In this document: positions 1-11,162 of the stretch, one piece after another
Position numbering within the stretch: the stretch's first letter is position 1
Layout: every line of letters begins with the position of its first letter
Origin: a virus
Strand: one strand, 5' to 3'
DNA: 64,000 nucleotides
Virus record (IMG/VR): IMGVR_UViG_3300005613_002762
Coordinates: 1-64,000 of that record
Position numbers and translations under genes: made by a program
The notes under the pieces: generated by a model
Databases searched by the model: none
What the model was told of the DNA's origin: nothing
What the model saw: the letters and a program-made list of their open reading frames with translations, nothing else

Positions 1-1
1 A

Positions 2-2413
2 TGAATCTGTTAATGGGTATGCGAAAAATCTTCTATCAGGTCCGGCACCTTTCTTTTCGGCAGACCATAAAAAAGGTTGTGGTGCGTGTAATAAATATTC
101 TTCATTTGGGAATAATTTATTTGGGTCACTAGATGTTATAACATCATAACCTGAGAATATTCTTTTAAAGTCTAAATTTGCCTTTAATGCTACGTCAAAA
201 GAAATATCATTATTATTAACAAGGGTTGTTAAGGACTCATAATTTCCCTGAAAACCTCCACCACAATCATAAGGTTCACTTCCATCGGCGTTTGGTAATA
301 AATTTGGGTGTTCATAATCATAAAGAGCCGGTGAATTTACAGGTGCGATAAGTGTATTAACAGTAGTTAATGTGGCATCGTATGGTAAATTTTCAGAACC
401 ATTGTCATAATCTACACCTGCAGATATTTCACCCCCTGTTGTGTCAGGTTCATTACTACCACAATCACACTCACAACTAGTGCAATCGGGGTATGCCAAC
501 ATTGGTAATCCGATTCTTGGAAATCCAGGTATATCTCTAAAATTACCTCCTGTAAATAACCTACCTAAAAAATTAACTATACCTATTATGATATTATAGA
601 TAAAAGCAACTATGTGTGCTAAAAATAAAATCTGTATTATAGGAAAAGTTAGAACATTTAAAAAAACATTAAAAACGAAATATAAAAAATCAAAGTTTCT
701 AATTATATCATTTACGGGGAATGTGTTTACCGTTGACTTACAGGTTCTATTATCAATTTCTTTAATACCTAAGTGTTTTGCCCTACCTAAACCATTTTTA
801 TATCTATCTAAAAACATTGCGGTGGTATATACTTTATTATAATTAAATTCATAAAAAGTATCTTCACAATCAATTGCACTTTGAGGATTCACATAATCAT
901 CCCAATCAGTGCTGAATGAATATGAACGAATTAGATTAAACAAGTCTATAGGATATTGGATAAATTGAAAACTCTGTCCTTGAGGATCATTTGGATCAAT
1001 TGGTGTTCCTACTATTTGTAAATTGTCTCCCGAATTAATTTCAATTGCTGTTGGGTCACCTAAATATAGATTACCATTTATGTAAATACTAAATGAGTCA
1101 ACATTAGTTGTAACCACATTGGTTAATCCGACTGAGTTCAAAAAATTAAAAGTTAAACCACTAATCAAACCTTGAGCTATAGTGTATGTAAAATTGTTAG
1201 TTTGTAGTTGTAATGGATCTGAATTAGATGTTGACCAACCATATTCTTTTATATTCGGAACTAAAAAATTTGCCCTTTGGACGCTATTTTGTAATCCTTG
1301 TTCGTTTTGCCACTTAAATTTAAATCGGTATTTTCCTCTTGTAGGCACACCTTTTGTTGGGTCGTTAGATATCACTAGTTGTCCAAATTCATTTGTTATA
1401 ACATAGTCTAAATTCATAGGAACATTTAATAAGTATGTTCCGTCACCATCAATTACTTTTCCACCTTCTTCGATTTCATATCTTTCAAGAATAGGAAGTC
1501 CATTATTATCTGAAAATATAGTTTGTCGAATTGCTTGTATTTCACCAGGTCCTGCAACTAACTCACATAAATTTCCTGTATTATTTTTTGGTTTACAACT
1601 AACTTTTAAAGCGTCATCATCGGTTGTTGATATAATGGATCCCATGAATATGGCCGTTGGTTGTATATTGATATTCGCTTGTTTGGTTAAATCAAAATCG
1701 ACTCTTGTAATTCCCAACTGACAAAGTTCAGAATCACCCCAAAATGGTCTAACATCAACATCAAAAACCAAATTTTTAATCTGTGGTAATTCTCTAAGAT
1801 TAGTTGACGATTTAAATCGAGCACCGTTAACTTGAGTTTCTGTTGCAAGTCCTTGTTGTATTAAATCTTGAGGGGCCAGTGAAAAACATCCGATGTCTGA
1901 TAAATCAACATCCATTACAATTGTTTGAGTTCCAACAGGAACTCCAAAAATCATAAAGTCACCACTTTCGTTTGTGGTTACCGTAAATCTATAATATTTG
2001 TCATATACCTCGATATATGAATCATCCATAAGAACATCACCTTTATTTGGAAAAGATCCTGTTGAGGTGTGTCCTCGATATGATGGTAATTTTGGAAGTA
2101 AATTATATCTATAACCTTCTTCGTTTGTGTCTGTTATTGTTTTGTATGGATAAAGTTCGGAAATTACGGGATTTAATTCGTCCGCTTCTTCTAAAGGTAT
2201 AAAGACCGAAACTTTTGCATTTGGTAAACCAAATCCGTTATTAACAAAAACTCGACCAACCACAACACCGTAGTCTGCACAAAATCTTGTGTATACGTCA
2301 TTTGCCAAGATCTTTAAGGATAGTATCTCTAAAGATTCCCAATCTTGTTCTAAATTAACATTAATATGTTTGTCGACACCGACTTCTGTTCTTATTCTAT
2401 ACGATTTGGGCAT
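2..2413 (-). CDS. Large putative virion/baseplate-associated protein, 3'-truncated by the window edge (absent from the ORF track)
   Basis: Manual translation from ATG at 2413: MPKSYRIRTEVGVDKHINVNLEQDWESLEILSLK...GVVVGRVFVNNGFGLPNAKVSVF...FTVTTNESGDFMIFGVPVGTQTIVMDVDLSDIG (carboxypeptidase-regulatory-like beta-sandwich pattern). The same frame reads sensibly near the left edge. TATTTAT motif upstream; follows baseplate wedge genes. Confidence 0.75.
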   Translation of the reverse strand, partial: MPKSYRIRTEVGVDKHINVNLEQDWESLEILSLKILANDVYTRFCADYGVVVGRVFVNNGFGLPNAKVSVFIPLEEADELNPVISELYPYKTITDTNEEGYRYNLLPKLPSYRGHTSTGSFPNKGDVLMDDSYIEVYDKYYRFTVTTNESGDFMIFGVPVGTQTIVMDVDLSDIGCFSLAPQDLIQQGLATETQVNGARFKSSTNLRELPQIKNLVFDVDVRPFWGDSELCQLGITRVDFDLTKQANINIQPTAIFMGSIISTTDDDALKVSCKPKNNTGNLCELVAGPGEIQAIRQTIFSDNNGLPILERYEIEEGGKVIDGDGTYLLNVPMNLDYVITNEFGQLVISNDPTKGVPTRGKYRFKFKWQNEQGLQNSVQRANFLVPNIKEYGWSTSNSDPLQLQTNNFTYTIAQGLISGLTFNFLNSVGLTNVVTTNVDSFSIYINGNLYLGDPTAIEINSGDNLQIVGTPIDPNDPQGQSFQFIQYPIDLFNLIRSYSFSTDWDDYVNPQSAIDCEDTFYEFNYNKVYTTAMFLDRYKNGLGRAKHLGIKEIDNRTCKSTVNTFPVNDIIRNFDFLYFVFNVFLNVLTFPIIQILFLAHIVAFIYNIIIGIVNFLGRLFTGGNFRDIPGFPRIGLPMLAYPDCTSCECDCGSNEPDTTGGEISAGVDYDNGSENLPYDATLTTVNTLIAPVNSPALYDYEHPNLLPNADGSEPYDCGGGFQGNYESLTTLVNNNDISFDVALKANLDFKRIFSGYDVITSSDPNKLFPNEEYLLHAPQPFLWSAEKKGAGPDRRFFAYPLTDS

Positions 2414-2488
2414 TAAAAAAGCGTTTTTTCATAAATAGTTTATTTCCCATTTTGATAAAAATAAGTTGATTCTATGAAAAATAAATCA

Positions 2489-4330
2489 CTAAGAGAAATT
2501 CACCGATTTTAAGTTCAAAACTCTAACTGTAATATCCTTATTTGGGTATCGGACTTGGTATGTTTGTGTTGGTGTTGCAAAGATCGTATCTGCCGTTGGT
2601 TGAATTTGTCTTGTTAAAGGATCTGAATATGGCATTGATGTTTGTGCTGAAGAATACTGACCTCCAACTTGGTTGAAGAATGATATATCAGATAAACTCA
2701 CTATACCATTTTCAGATTGAATTAATCTTCTTAATTCAGATATATTAACGTTTTGACCTAACTGTCTAACCAATGGGTTAAAGAAGTCTCCAACAATTTG
2801 AATTGTTTTCGCAACTATCGCCCCTTGATTTTGACTATTATCTAAAACAACATCAACGGTGATTGCCAAGTCGATAATATCCGCAGACTCGATTGAGATG
2901 TAGTCATTTATCATTCGATAATTAGACAAATAATTTGCAACATTTTGTTTTAATGTGTTAGAAACAACATTTGTTAAAGCACCACTCGTGTCATAAGATA
3001 ACATTTTAATTCTTATCTTATTATTTTCTTCAGTGATTGCAACTTTAGCAGGTGCCCCAAACTGTGATGGCATTGTTCTAATTAAAGAGTCATAATCATT
3101 TACGGTAACCGCTCTTTTTTGTGCCGCAAAATTAAATGAAACCATGTTTCTTACATCTTCAGTTGTTGGTGGATTAGCTCCTCCAATAGCGGCTGTCACA
3201 TTATTACACTGTAAACTATTAATAACACTTCGATTCACACTCTCAGATGGTCCATTAACGGCAAATGACACCGTCCCAATTTGATTAATTGTGTTGATAC
3301 CTAAGTTACTAGATAAACCACCTCCAATTCTATACTGAACAAATAGTGTTGTATTTGGTGGTAAAGCGGCTCCCATAGCATAATTGTTAGTATATCTACT
3401 TAAATCAAATCCTTTACCATCACGAGCAAATTCTCTTAGTTGTTCGTCTGCAGAAATATTTCCACCGCCAAATGTTAGTTTACAAAAACTTTCAGAAGTG
3501 AATTCAGAAATAAACTTATTTGAGGTTGTAATATACGTTCCAACTTTAATACCTGGTTGATCCGATACTTTTGTTGGGTCTTCAACAAAAACCCTGTCTT
3601 GAACCAAAGCGTCCACTTCAAACCATCTTTCAGGGCCTAAAGTTAAAAAATCTTGTGGATTTGGTATTGTGGAGTATTGCGTTCCTGATTTTAATAAAAC
3701 ACTTGTAATACCTAAAACATTCTTTTCAGGTAAAAATAATTCTAAATAAGGTTTTGAATCATTTGGTGTAATTACTCTTTTGAATACTTTTGTAATTCCA
3801 TTAACAACAACCTCTCTTTTAACAATTGTATAATTTAATAATTTTCCGCTCGCATCAAAATTAGGTATTTTAACTCTATTTGGCGAACCTTCAGCATTAA
3901 TAGGTGAAGCAAAATCAATATCATAAACCGTTTCAAATGGTTGTCCTCCACCACTGGCTTGTGATCCTCTTCTTAGAATACCACAATATCTTAAATCTTC
4001 TCTATCCCCAAATGCCGGAACTGTAATTGAAAAGTCAATTAAAGCAACCGATGGTCTTTGACCAGGGACTTTAAGTCCATAAGTTCTTGCAATATTATAT
4101 ATAGAATTTTTTTGTTGAGCAAACTGAAGAACAGTTTCTTGAATACTTCTGTCTATTTGGAAATTTAAGTTATCTGTAACCGCAGCGTTAAGATCCAACA
4201 TTACAGAGAAAATACCCGCATCGTTGAAGTTTTGAACTAAATCAGGATAATACGTTCTTGTAAAATTAATTAATTCCGTTCTTACTCCTTGAAAGTCTCT
4301 AACTGTGTATGATATTTTCTTCTCTGCCAT
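2489..4330 (-). CDS. Baseplate wedge protein (T4 gp6 / baseplate J-like)
   Basis: N-terminal YTVRDFQGVRTELINF...NFNDAG..SVMLDLNAAVTDNLNFQID; YRIGGG..SN; AAIGGANP; AAQKRAVTVNDY; adjacent to a gp25-like gene. Confidence 0.85.
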   Translation of the reverse strand: MAEKKISYTVRDFQGVRTELINFTRTYYPDLVQNFNDAGIFSVMLDLNAAVTDNLNFQIDRSIQETVLQFAQQKNSIYNIARTYGLKVPGQRPSVALIDFSITVPAFGDREDLRYCGILRRGSQASGGGQPFETVYDIDFASPINAEGSPNRVKIPNFDASGKLLNYTIVKREVVVNGITKVFKRVITPNDSKPYLELFLPEKNVLGITSVLLKSGTQYSTIPNPQDFLTLGPERWFEVDALVQDRVFVEDPTKVSDQPGIKVGTYITTSNKFISEFTSESFCKLTFGGGNISADEQLREFARDGKGFDLSRYTNNYAMGAALPPNTTLFVQYRIGGGLSSNLGINTINQIGTVSFAVNGPSESVNRSVINSLQCNNVTAAIGGANPPTTEDVRNMVSFNFAAQKRAVTVNDYDSLIRTMPSQFGAPAKVAITEENNKIRIKMLSYDTSGALTNVVSNTLKQNVANYLSNYRMINDYISIESADIIDLAITVDVVLDNSQNQGAIVAKTIQIVGDFFNPLVRQLGQNVNISELRRLIQSENGIVSLSDISFFNQVGGQYSSAQTSMPYSDPLTRQIQPTADTIFATPTQTYQVRYPNKDITVRVLNLKSVNFS

Positions 4331-4336
4331 ATATTA

Positions 4337-4795
4337 TTAAATATTGATTATTATAAAATCACTAGATTCAAAAGCCGAATCCGTAATTCGATAATCTATT
4401 TTGATCCTTGCGGTATGTTCAAGTTCTGATATGTTCGTTACTTTAAATTCACGCTCCCCATCTCTGTTTACTGTATAACCTTTATTTTCTAAACCAGCCG
4501 ATGCTGGTTCAACAGTAATATTTGTTATTTGTAGATTTGGCATATATGTTCCAACACTACTTTTAATTTCGGCTTCTATATCTGAAAATGTTGGTCCATC
4601 TAAAGGTTCAAAAATATATTCATAAAGTCTTGTTCCAAAATCAGGAAGATAATATCTTGATCCTTTTCTTGTTAAAATCAAATGAACTAAACTAGATCTT
4701 ATTTCACCCTCCGTTGAGTTAGTAACATCTAAATACCTTCCCGTGAATGAATCAACAAAAGGGAAAGAAATTCCGTAAGTAATACCATTTGCCAT
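4337..4795 (-). CDS. Baseplate wedge subunit, gp25/GPW-like (sheath initiator)
   Basis: GISFPF...IRSSLVHLILTRKGSRYYLPDFGTRLYEYIFEP is the typical gp25-family signature. Confidence 0.9.
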   Translation of the reverse strand: MANGITYGISFPFVDSFTGRYLDVTNSTEGEIRSSLVHLILTRKGSRYYLPDFGTRLYEYIFEPLDGPTFSDIEAEIKSSVGTYMPNLQITNITVEPASAGLENKGYTVNRDGEREFKVTNISELEHTARIKIDYRITDSAFESSDFIIINI

Positions 4796-4830
4796 ATCAC
4801 ATATAAATATAACTTAGGTTTTTTTTAAGT

Positions 4831-4860
4831 AAAAAAAAATCACCGATTTCTCAGTGATTT
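4831..4860 (-). terminator. Probable intrinsic terminator after nrdA
   Basis: AAATCAC...GTGATTT inverted repeat followed by a T-run on the minus strand, just past the nrdA stop. Confidence 0.55.
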
Positions 4861-4867
4861 CTAATTT

Positions 4868-7285
4868 CTATGAAGAACATCCAAAACATTCAAAATCTGA
4901 ATCTGTTGGTCTTGTAGGAATAACACCTTCTTTTAATATTCTATCAGGTGGTGGTGGAGTTTGTTTTTTTGACATATCTAACGCCAAGTGTTTTGCTCCT
5001 GTTGATATTGCTTTGGTTCTAACATAATAACAAAGTGTTTTCAAACCACTTTCCCATGAATGAAAATGTGATGATGTGATCTTTGATAATGTTGGGTTTG
5101 CCATATAGATATTCATTGATTGTGATTGATCAATAAAAGGTGCTCTATCTGCTGCCATATCAATAAGTTGTTTTTGTGAAATTTCCCAAATAGTTTTATA
5201 CTTAGGAATTAAGTGTTCAATACGTCTAACTTTCTTATTGTAATTCTTATCTTCAGGATCCAAATAATTATTAAAATTGATATTTTGAATTGATCCTTCA
5301 TTAATAATAATTTCATTTTTCAAATCTTCAGACCAAATTCCAATTTTTTCAAAATCATTAATAAGATATTTGTTAACGATAATAATTTCACCACCAACAA
5401 CTCTTCTATTAAATAATGCCGAATGTGCTGGTTCGGTCATTTCAAATGAACCTGTGATCTTAGCTGAAGAAGCCACCGGCATTTGTGCTGTGAATAATGA
5501 ATTACAAACACCATAATCAGAAACACTTTTCTTCAGTTTATTCCAATCCCACATTCCTGAAAGTTGTGTTTCATCAACACCCCACATATCAAATTGGAAT
5601 TCTCCTTTTGACATTGGTGATCCTTTAAAGAATTTGTATGGTTCATATTTTCCATTCATACACAACTGATTACTTTCGTAGATGGCCGCGTAATAGATTG
5701 TTTCAAAAATATCTTTGTTTAATTTTTTCGCTTCATCAGATGTAAAGATGTAATCCATTAAGTAGAATACGTCCGCCAAACCTTGTGTTCCAATCGCAAT
5801 AGCTCTTTGTTCTAAACCACCTTTTAAACCTTTTTGAGTTGAGTAGTTATTAACATTAATGACTTTGTTAAGTGATTTAACAACTTTTCTAACTTCAGTA
5901 AATAATAATTCAAAATTAAACTTACCCCCTTGAATAAAGTTTTTTAATACCATTGACGATAATGTGCAAATAGCCGTAGTTTCTTCATCGGTATATTGGT
6001 AAATTTCATTACACAAATTAGATTGTTTAATAACACCGATATTTTGATGGTTGGTCTTTTTATTAGCACTATCCTTAGAACATAAATAAGGAACCCCTGT
6101 TTCTACTTGTGATTCAATTATTTTACTCCAAATGTCTTGAGCTTTAACTTTCTTACCTAATCCCATCTGAACCGCTTGATTATACGTTTGTTCGTATTCA
6201 TCACCATAACTTTCTTGAAGTGCTTTTAATCCCGCCTTTTTAATATCATTAGGACAAAACAAATACCAATCACCATTATTTTTAACGGCTCTCATAAAGT
6301 TATCAGGAATCCAAAGTGCTGTAAATAAATCACGAGCTCTTAACTCTTCCGCTCCGGTATTCTTTTTAATATCTAAAAGATCAATAATATCTTTATGCCA
6401 TGGCTCAAGATAAATTGCCGCAGATCCTGGTCTACGACCTTGTTGATTAAAGAATCTAAGTGATTCATTAACAATTTTAAGATATTTTAATAATCCACCT
6501 GCATATCCTCCTGATGTGGTAATTCTACTTTCTTTACTACGAATATTAGACATTGAAAGTCCAATACCGGCAGCATCAGATGAAAATGTTGAAATGTCGT
6601 TCAACGTATCTAATAACCCTTGTCTTGAGTCTGAATTATTATAGTGTAGAACACAAGATGCTAATTGAGGAACTTTAGTTCCCGAATTAATCATAATAGG
6701 TGTTGCTTTTGATATTAACTGATTAGATAATGATGTATAGTATTCTAATGCGTCTGTTAAATTATCAGTTACCCACAATGCAACTCTCATATACATATGT
6801 TGAGGTCTTTCAATTACTCGACCATTAGGTCTTTTTAACAAATACATTTCTTGAAGTGATCTCCAAGCAAAATAATCAAAGTTGTAATCATTTTCATGGT
6901 TGATTGCTTCATCAATTGTATCTTCACCATATTCTTTAATGGTTTCAATTAATTTTTCATTAACAATTCCATCTTCATACAATACCATCATGGTTTGTGA
7001 AAAACTATCGTTAGTTTCTTTGTGATAAGATGATATCGCAACAAAGGCAGCCAACTTAGAATAATCATAATGACTTCCTGTGTATGAAGCCGCAATCTCA
7101 TAAACTAATTTATCTAATTCTTTAGTTGTGATCTCCCCTTCTGTTGGGACTGACGTAATAACTTTGATGAATATTTCATCTGAATTTACGTTCAATCCCT
7201 TAGCAGCTCTTTTAACTCTATGATAAATTTTCTGTGGGTTAAATGAGACTGACTCTCCGTTTCTTTTTAATATTTTTAATGACAT
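4868..7285 (-). CDS. nrdA: Ribonucleoside-diphosphate reductase alpha subunit, class Ia, with N-terminal ATP cone
   Basis: ATP cone (ILKRNGESVSFNPQKI), ERPQHMYMRVA, ATPIMINSG, QLASC, QQGRRPG, SNLCNE, AQMPVASS, LKTLCYYVRT, C-terminal CxxC (ECFGCSS). Confidence 0.97.
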   Translation of the reverse strand: MSLKILKRNGESVSFNPQKIYHRVKRAAKGLNVNSDEIFIKVITSVPTEGEITTKELDKLVYEIAASYTGSHYDYSKLAAFVAISSYHKETNDSFSQTMMVLYEDGIVNEKLIETIKEYGEDTIDEAINHENDYNFDYFAWRSLQEMYLLKRPNGRVIERPQHMYMRVALWVTDNLTDALEYYTSLSNQLISKATPIMINSGTKVPQLASCVLHYNNSDSRQGLLDTLNDISTFSSDAAGIGLSMSNIRSKESRITTSGGYAGGLLKYLKIVNESLRFFNQQGRRPGSAAIYLEPWHKDIIDLLDIKKNTGAEELRARDLFTALWIPDNFMRAVKNNGDWYLFCPNDIKKAGLKALQESYGDEYEQTYNQAVQMGLGKKVKAQDIWSKIIESQVETGVPYLCSKDSANKKTNHQNIGVIKQSNLCNEIYQYTDEETTAICTLSSMVLKNFIQGGKFNFELLFTEVRKVVKSLNKVINVNNYSTQKGLKGGLEQRAIAIGTQGLADVFYLMDYIFTSDEAKKLNKDIFETIYYAAIYESNQLCMNGKYEPYKFFKGSPMSKGEFQFDMWGVDETQLSGMWDWNKLKKSVSDYGVCNSLFTAQMPVASSAKITGSFEMTEPAHSALFNRRVVGGEIIIVNKYLINDFEKIGIWSEDLKNEIIINEGSIQNINFNNYLDPEDKNYNKKVRRIEHLIPKYKTIWEISQKQLIDMAADRAPFIDQSQSMNIYMANPTLSKITSSHFHSWESGLKTLCYYVRTKAISTGAKHLALDMSKKQTPPPPDRILKEGVIPTRPTDSDFECFGCSS

Positions 7286-7295
7286 AATATATAAT

Positions 7296-8243
7296 TTAAA
7301 AATCGTCTGTAAAACTTATTGTTTCATTCAATTTGGCTTTTTGGTATTCCATTGTTCTGGATTCAAAGAAATTACCCTTTGTTTCCATGGCAATTTGTTC
7401 CATAAACTTAAAAGGTTGATCTACGTTGAATTCTTTACTACAACCCATTTTTACTAATAACCCATCAACTACAAACTCTAAATATTGTTTCATTAAATTA
7501 GAATTCATACCGATTAAAGAAACTGGAAGTGATTCTGTAATGAACTCTTTTTCAATTTCAAGTGCCGATAATAAAATTTCTTTAATTCGTTTTTCAGATG
7601 GTTTATTTTCTAAATGGTTATTTAATAAATGAATTGCAAAATCACAATGAAGATTTTCATCTTTAAAAATCAAAGAATTAGCGTTACACAATCCTTGCAT
7701 GATCCCTCTTGATTTTAACCAAAAGATAGAACAAAAAGATCCCGAAAAGAAAATACCTTCAACGGCAGCAAACGCAACTAATCTTTCGGCAAATGATGCA
7801 TTTTCAATCCACTCTAACGCCCACTTCGCTTTCTTTTGAACTGCTGGTAATCTATCAATTGCATTAAAACATTCGTCTTTTTCTTTTGGGTTGTTAATAT
7901 ATGTATCAATCAATAATGAATACATTAATGAATGGATGTTTTCCATCGCCAACTGAAACCCGTAAAAGAATTTTGCTTCAGGATATTGAACTTCTCTATA
8001 GAAGTTTTCAGCCAAATTTTCATTTACAATACCATCAGATGCTGCGAAAAACGATAAAACATTTTTTACAAAATATTGTTCATTATCCGTTAAATTTTCC
8101 CAATCTCGAATATCGTTGGTTAAGTCAACCTCTTCTGCTGTCCAAAAAGCCGCTTGGTGTTGTTTGTAGTATTCCCATATATCATTGTGTTCGATAGGAA
8201 ATATAACAAATCTGTTAGGATTTTCTACTAGTATTTTTTCCAT
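7296..8243 (-). CDS. nrdB: Ribonucleoside-diphosphate reductase beta subunit
   Basis: [56 protein letters not shown]: di-metal ligands and radical Tyr are present. Confidence 0.97.
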   Translation of the reverse strand: MEKILVENPNRFVIFPIEHNDIWEYYKQHQAAFWTAEEVDLTNDIRDWENLTDNEQYFVKNVLSFFAASDGIVNENLAENFYREVQYPEAKFFYGFQLAMENIHSLMYSLLIDTYINNPKEKDECFNAIDRLPAVQKKAKWALEWIENASFAERLVAFAAVEGIFFSGSFCSIFWLKSRGIMQGLCNANSLIFKDENLHCDFAIHLLNNHLENKPSEKRIKEILLSALEIEKEFITESLPVSLIGMNSNLMKQYLEFVVDGLLVKMGCSKEFNVDQPFKFMEQIAMETKGNFFESRTMEYQKAKLNETISFTDDF

Positions 8244-8251
8244 AATTAATT

Positions 8252-9637
8252 TTAATTAGTTGTTTGATTTTCTCTTTGTTTTCTTTTCTCCAAGAGTTCC
8301 TTAACTCTTTGTCTTTGTCTTTCTTCTTTTTGTTCTTCAAGACCCAAGAACGTCATTGAGCTTTCTGTGTCAATATCAATCATCGCATTGTCAAACTTAC
8401 AATTCTCAAACACAACCCCATCATCTCCAATACGAGACTTGGTTATTGCAATTGTTGCCAATTTAAGTTCTTTTTGTTGTAAAGTTTTAGCTACCGATAT
8501 AATAACGTGTCCCACTTGTGCTTTCTTAATAGATCCACCCATTTGATCTGTCGTTACTACTTCAGATGATATTGATGATCGATTACCTTGTGTCGCCGTC
8601 CATCCAACAAGATTCATTTCGTGACACATCGCCTCAAACGCTCTCATTACCGAACCCTCACTTTTCCATTCATCACCTAAATTCTTTTCAGGAACAATAC
8701 AATCAATATAATCTAAAACAATCATATCAATTTTAATTCCATCTGAAACCATCTTTCTAATTTGATTTTTGATTTGTAACATCGTCATCGTATCTGACGG
8801 TAGTTTTTTCATAATCAATTTGTTTGGCATCGAATCCTCAATTTCTCTAACTTTAGACATCACCTCATCTTTCTTTTCTGACAAATCGTCAGGATGAACC
8901 TTAGTCCACAAAGTGAAGTGTTTTCTTTGAATGACCTTTGGATTGTCCTCAAAAAATATCTGTAGAACGTTAAACCCAAGATTAAATGCGTGGTTTGCCA
9001 TCTTAGTTAGGATTGTCGATTTACCAACACCCGTAGGTGCTAAGATAACACCAATTTCTCCTTTTGCCAAACCACCTTTTAACAATTTGTCAATTCCTGG
9101 AATTCCCATTGGAATTGGGTGTCTGTAATCATCTTCAAGAACCTGATCAAGGTTTGAGAATACATCTAACATTGATGTATCTTTTGCTCCGACCTGAAGG
9201 GCCGTCTTCACCATCTCTTCGAGGGTATCGTAGTTTTCAAACTCACCCCCATCAATGATCTTTTGTGCTTTTCCCATCACCTTTTGAAGTTCCTGTTGTT
9301 TACAGAATTTTAAGGCCTTTTCTTGAACGAAACTAACGCCATCGATAGGTGCGTCCTTAATTTTCTTAATCATATCCAAAACAATCTTGGATGCAATTTC
9401 TTGTTGTAGTTCCGATTTTGTTATTTGTTCGAGGGTTTCGAATGAAGGTGTGTGATCGTATTTAGTATAATACTCTCTGATCATTTGAATAATAATTTTG
9501 AAGTATTTGTTTTCAAAATAATCGTTTTCAATAACATCGATAATTGAATGAGAAAAGTCTTTATCTACTACAATCTGATTTAATAATTGAAGTTGAAATG
9601 TGTTTCCTAAATACTCAAAATTTTTACTTGTCGCCAT
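8252..9637 (-). CDS. Replicative DNA helicase (DnaB / T4 gp41-like)
   Basis: [20 protein letters not shown], Walker [10 protein letters not shown], Walker [21 protein letters not shown]. Confidence 0.92.
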   Translation of the reverse strand: MATSKNFEYLGNTFQLQLLNQIVVDKDFSHSIIDVIENDYFENKYFKIIIQMIREYYTKYDHTPSFETLEQITKSELQQEIASKIVLDMIKKIKDAPIDGVSFVQEKALKFCKQQELQKVMGKAQKIIDGGEFENYDTLEEMVKTALQVGAKDTSMLDVFSNLDQVLEDDYRHPIPMGIPGIDKLLKGGLAKGEIGVILAPTGVGKSTILTKMANHAFNLGFNVLQIFFEDNPKVIQRKHFTLWTKVHPDDLSEKKDEVMSKVREIEDSMPNKLIMKKLPSDTMTMLQIKNQIRKMVSDGIKIDMIVLDYIDCIVPEKNLGDEWKSEGSVMRAFEAMCHEMNLVGWTATQGNRSSISSEVVTTDQMGGSIKKAQVGHVIISVAKTLQQKELKLATIAITKSRIGDDGVVFENCKFDNAMIDIDTESSMTFLGLEEQKEERQRQRVKELLEKRKQRENQTTN

Positions 9638-9669
9638 ATGATTTACCTTTTTTGTAATGATAAATAGTG

Positions 9670-10119
9670 TTAGTTTTTAATAAAGTTAGGGTATGCGAAA
9701 TTAAAATTTTTACCTGAAAAAATGTCAGTTAGACCTGCCATTATACTTTTTAACTTCGGGCGTAGGTCTACGGTGTATCTTACCTTCGGAGGGTAAGGTT
9801 TTGCGTCAAACTGTCTATGACAAATTGTCAGGTCGCCAACCTTAATTATTAAATTAAAGTTTTCATCTCCGTCTGTAATTGACGTGTTAAGAATGTCAGG
9901 ATTTTCAATAATTTCATATTGATTTTCTAACATATAACTAACCGTTCTCATTTTTAAGTCATATTGTAATTCATCATATATTTGAGTAACATGATTATAA
10001 AATTCTTCTGACTTATGAGCGTTTCTATTAAACCCTCTTACGTTAAAGAACCGTTGAACTACAATGTTGTCATTACATGTTAACAAAAATTCCACTTTTG
10101 TTATTTCTTGATCTTTCAT
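9670..10119 (-). CDS. Hypothetical protein in the replication block
   Basis: 149-aa ORF tightly packed between the exonuclease and helicase; no motif recognised. Confidence 0.7.
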   Translation of the reverse strand: MKDQEITKVEFLLTCNDNIVVQRFFNVRGFNRNAHKSEEFYNHVTQIYDELQYDLKMRTVSYMLENQYEIIENPDILNTSITDGDENFNLIIKVGDLTICHRQFDAKPYPPKVRYTVDLRPKLKSIMAGLTDIFSGKNFNFAYPNFIKN

Positions 10120-10134
10120 GATTTGTTTGTTGTT

Positions 10135-11142
10135 TTACTTTTTGTTTCTGAATTTTGTTTTTTCTTTTCTTGTTAGTTTTAAAAAGGGTTTTAAAAAACT
10201 TACCCAAGCGTCGTCACCCTTCGGTAGATATTTAAAAAACCCATCTTCCATCATCATTCGAATTAGATTTCTATGTCCTCTTCCGTCGGGATCCAACGAC
10301 TCTGAATAATATAGTCTTACCAATTCTTTTTCTTCATCATTTATTAATGGATTATCCAAATCGACAAGTTTGGTGTTTATAACGTAAAATTCATCACCAA
10401 AAATACCTTCTTTTGTTTTTCCACTCAACAAATTTTGAAGAGCTACGTTTGTTTTTTCTTCCTTTAATAGTTTGTTACCTTTTTCTAAAATATAGGTTAA
10501 ATTAACCTCTCGTTCAAGAACCTCAGGAAACATTTTAACTAAAGTTTTTTCACCCAAATAAAATATACCATCTATGTTGTCCGAAGAATCACCTGTTAAA
10601 ATTTTAACAATCTTAACATTATAGTGGGGAACTTCAAAATCATATAGTTTGATCTTGTCTCCAACCTTATAATATTTTTTTGTTGATGGCGAATATATGG
10701 AAACTTTTTCAGATATAAGCTGCGTTAAATCTCTATCACTAGAAAATATTGTTTTTTCTTCGTCTAACGAGATTTTACAATAGTGGGCAATCAAGTCATC
10801 AGCTTCTGCGTGTTCTGTCTCCAGTTGTCTTACAAACATCTCCTCAAGGTATTGTTTTACCCTTTGTTTTTGTTCGACAAAAGATTCTTCTTTTGATTCG
10901 GTTTCAGATGATTTACGATTTAACTTATACTTTGGGTATATCAATCTTCTTTGTGAAGATGAGGTTTTAGAATCCCAAAAAACTACAACCTTATTGTAGT
11001 TGTGTTCTTCTAAGAATTTACGAAGAGTATTTAAAAAGTGCCAAACACCGCCAACATGTTTTCCGTTGTGATAGAAATCTCTAACACCATGAAATCCAAT
11101 TTTTAATAAATTATTTCCGTCAACAAGTAATGTCTTTGACAC
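10135..11142 (-). CDS. 5'-3' exonuclease / flap endonuclease (PolI N-terminal, T4 RNase H-like)
   Basis: TLLVDGNNL, VVFWDS, YPKYKLNR, EADDLIA, SSDRDLTQL, LTGDSSDNIDGI..LGEKT (H3TH motif). Confidence 0.93.
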   Translation of the reverse strand: MSKTLLVDGNNLLKIGFHGVRDFYHNGKHVGGVWHFLNTLRKFLEEHNYNKVVVFWDSKTSSSQRRLIYPKYKLNRKSSETESKEESFVEQKQRVKQYLEEMFVRQLETEHAEADDLIAHYCKISLDEEKTIFSSDRDLTQLISEKVSIYSPSTKKYYKVGDKIKLYDFEVPHYNVKIVKILTGDSSDNIDGIFYLGEKTLVKMFPEVLEREVNLTYILEKGNKLLKEEKTNVALQNLLSGKTKEGIFGDEFYVINTKLVDLDNPLINDEEKELVRLYYSESLDPDGRGHRNLIRMMMEDGFFKYLPKGDDAWVSFLKPFLKLTRKEKTKFRNKK

Positions 11143-11162
11143 TCTTTAAAATTTAATTGTTA

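Noticed and set aside
612-1406. Short plus-strand ORFs 612..842 and 1182..1406
   Set aside because: They lie antisense to the long minus-strand gene starting at 2413.
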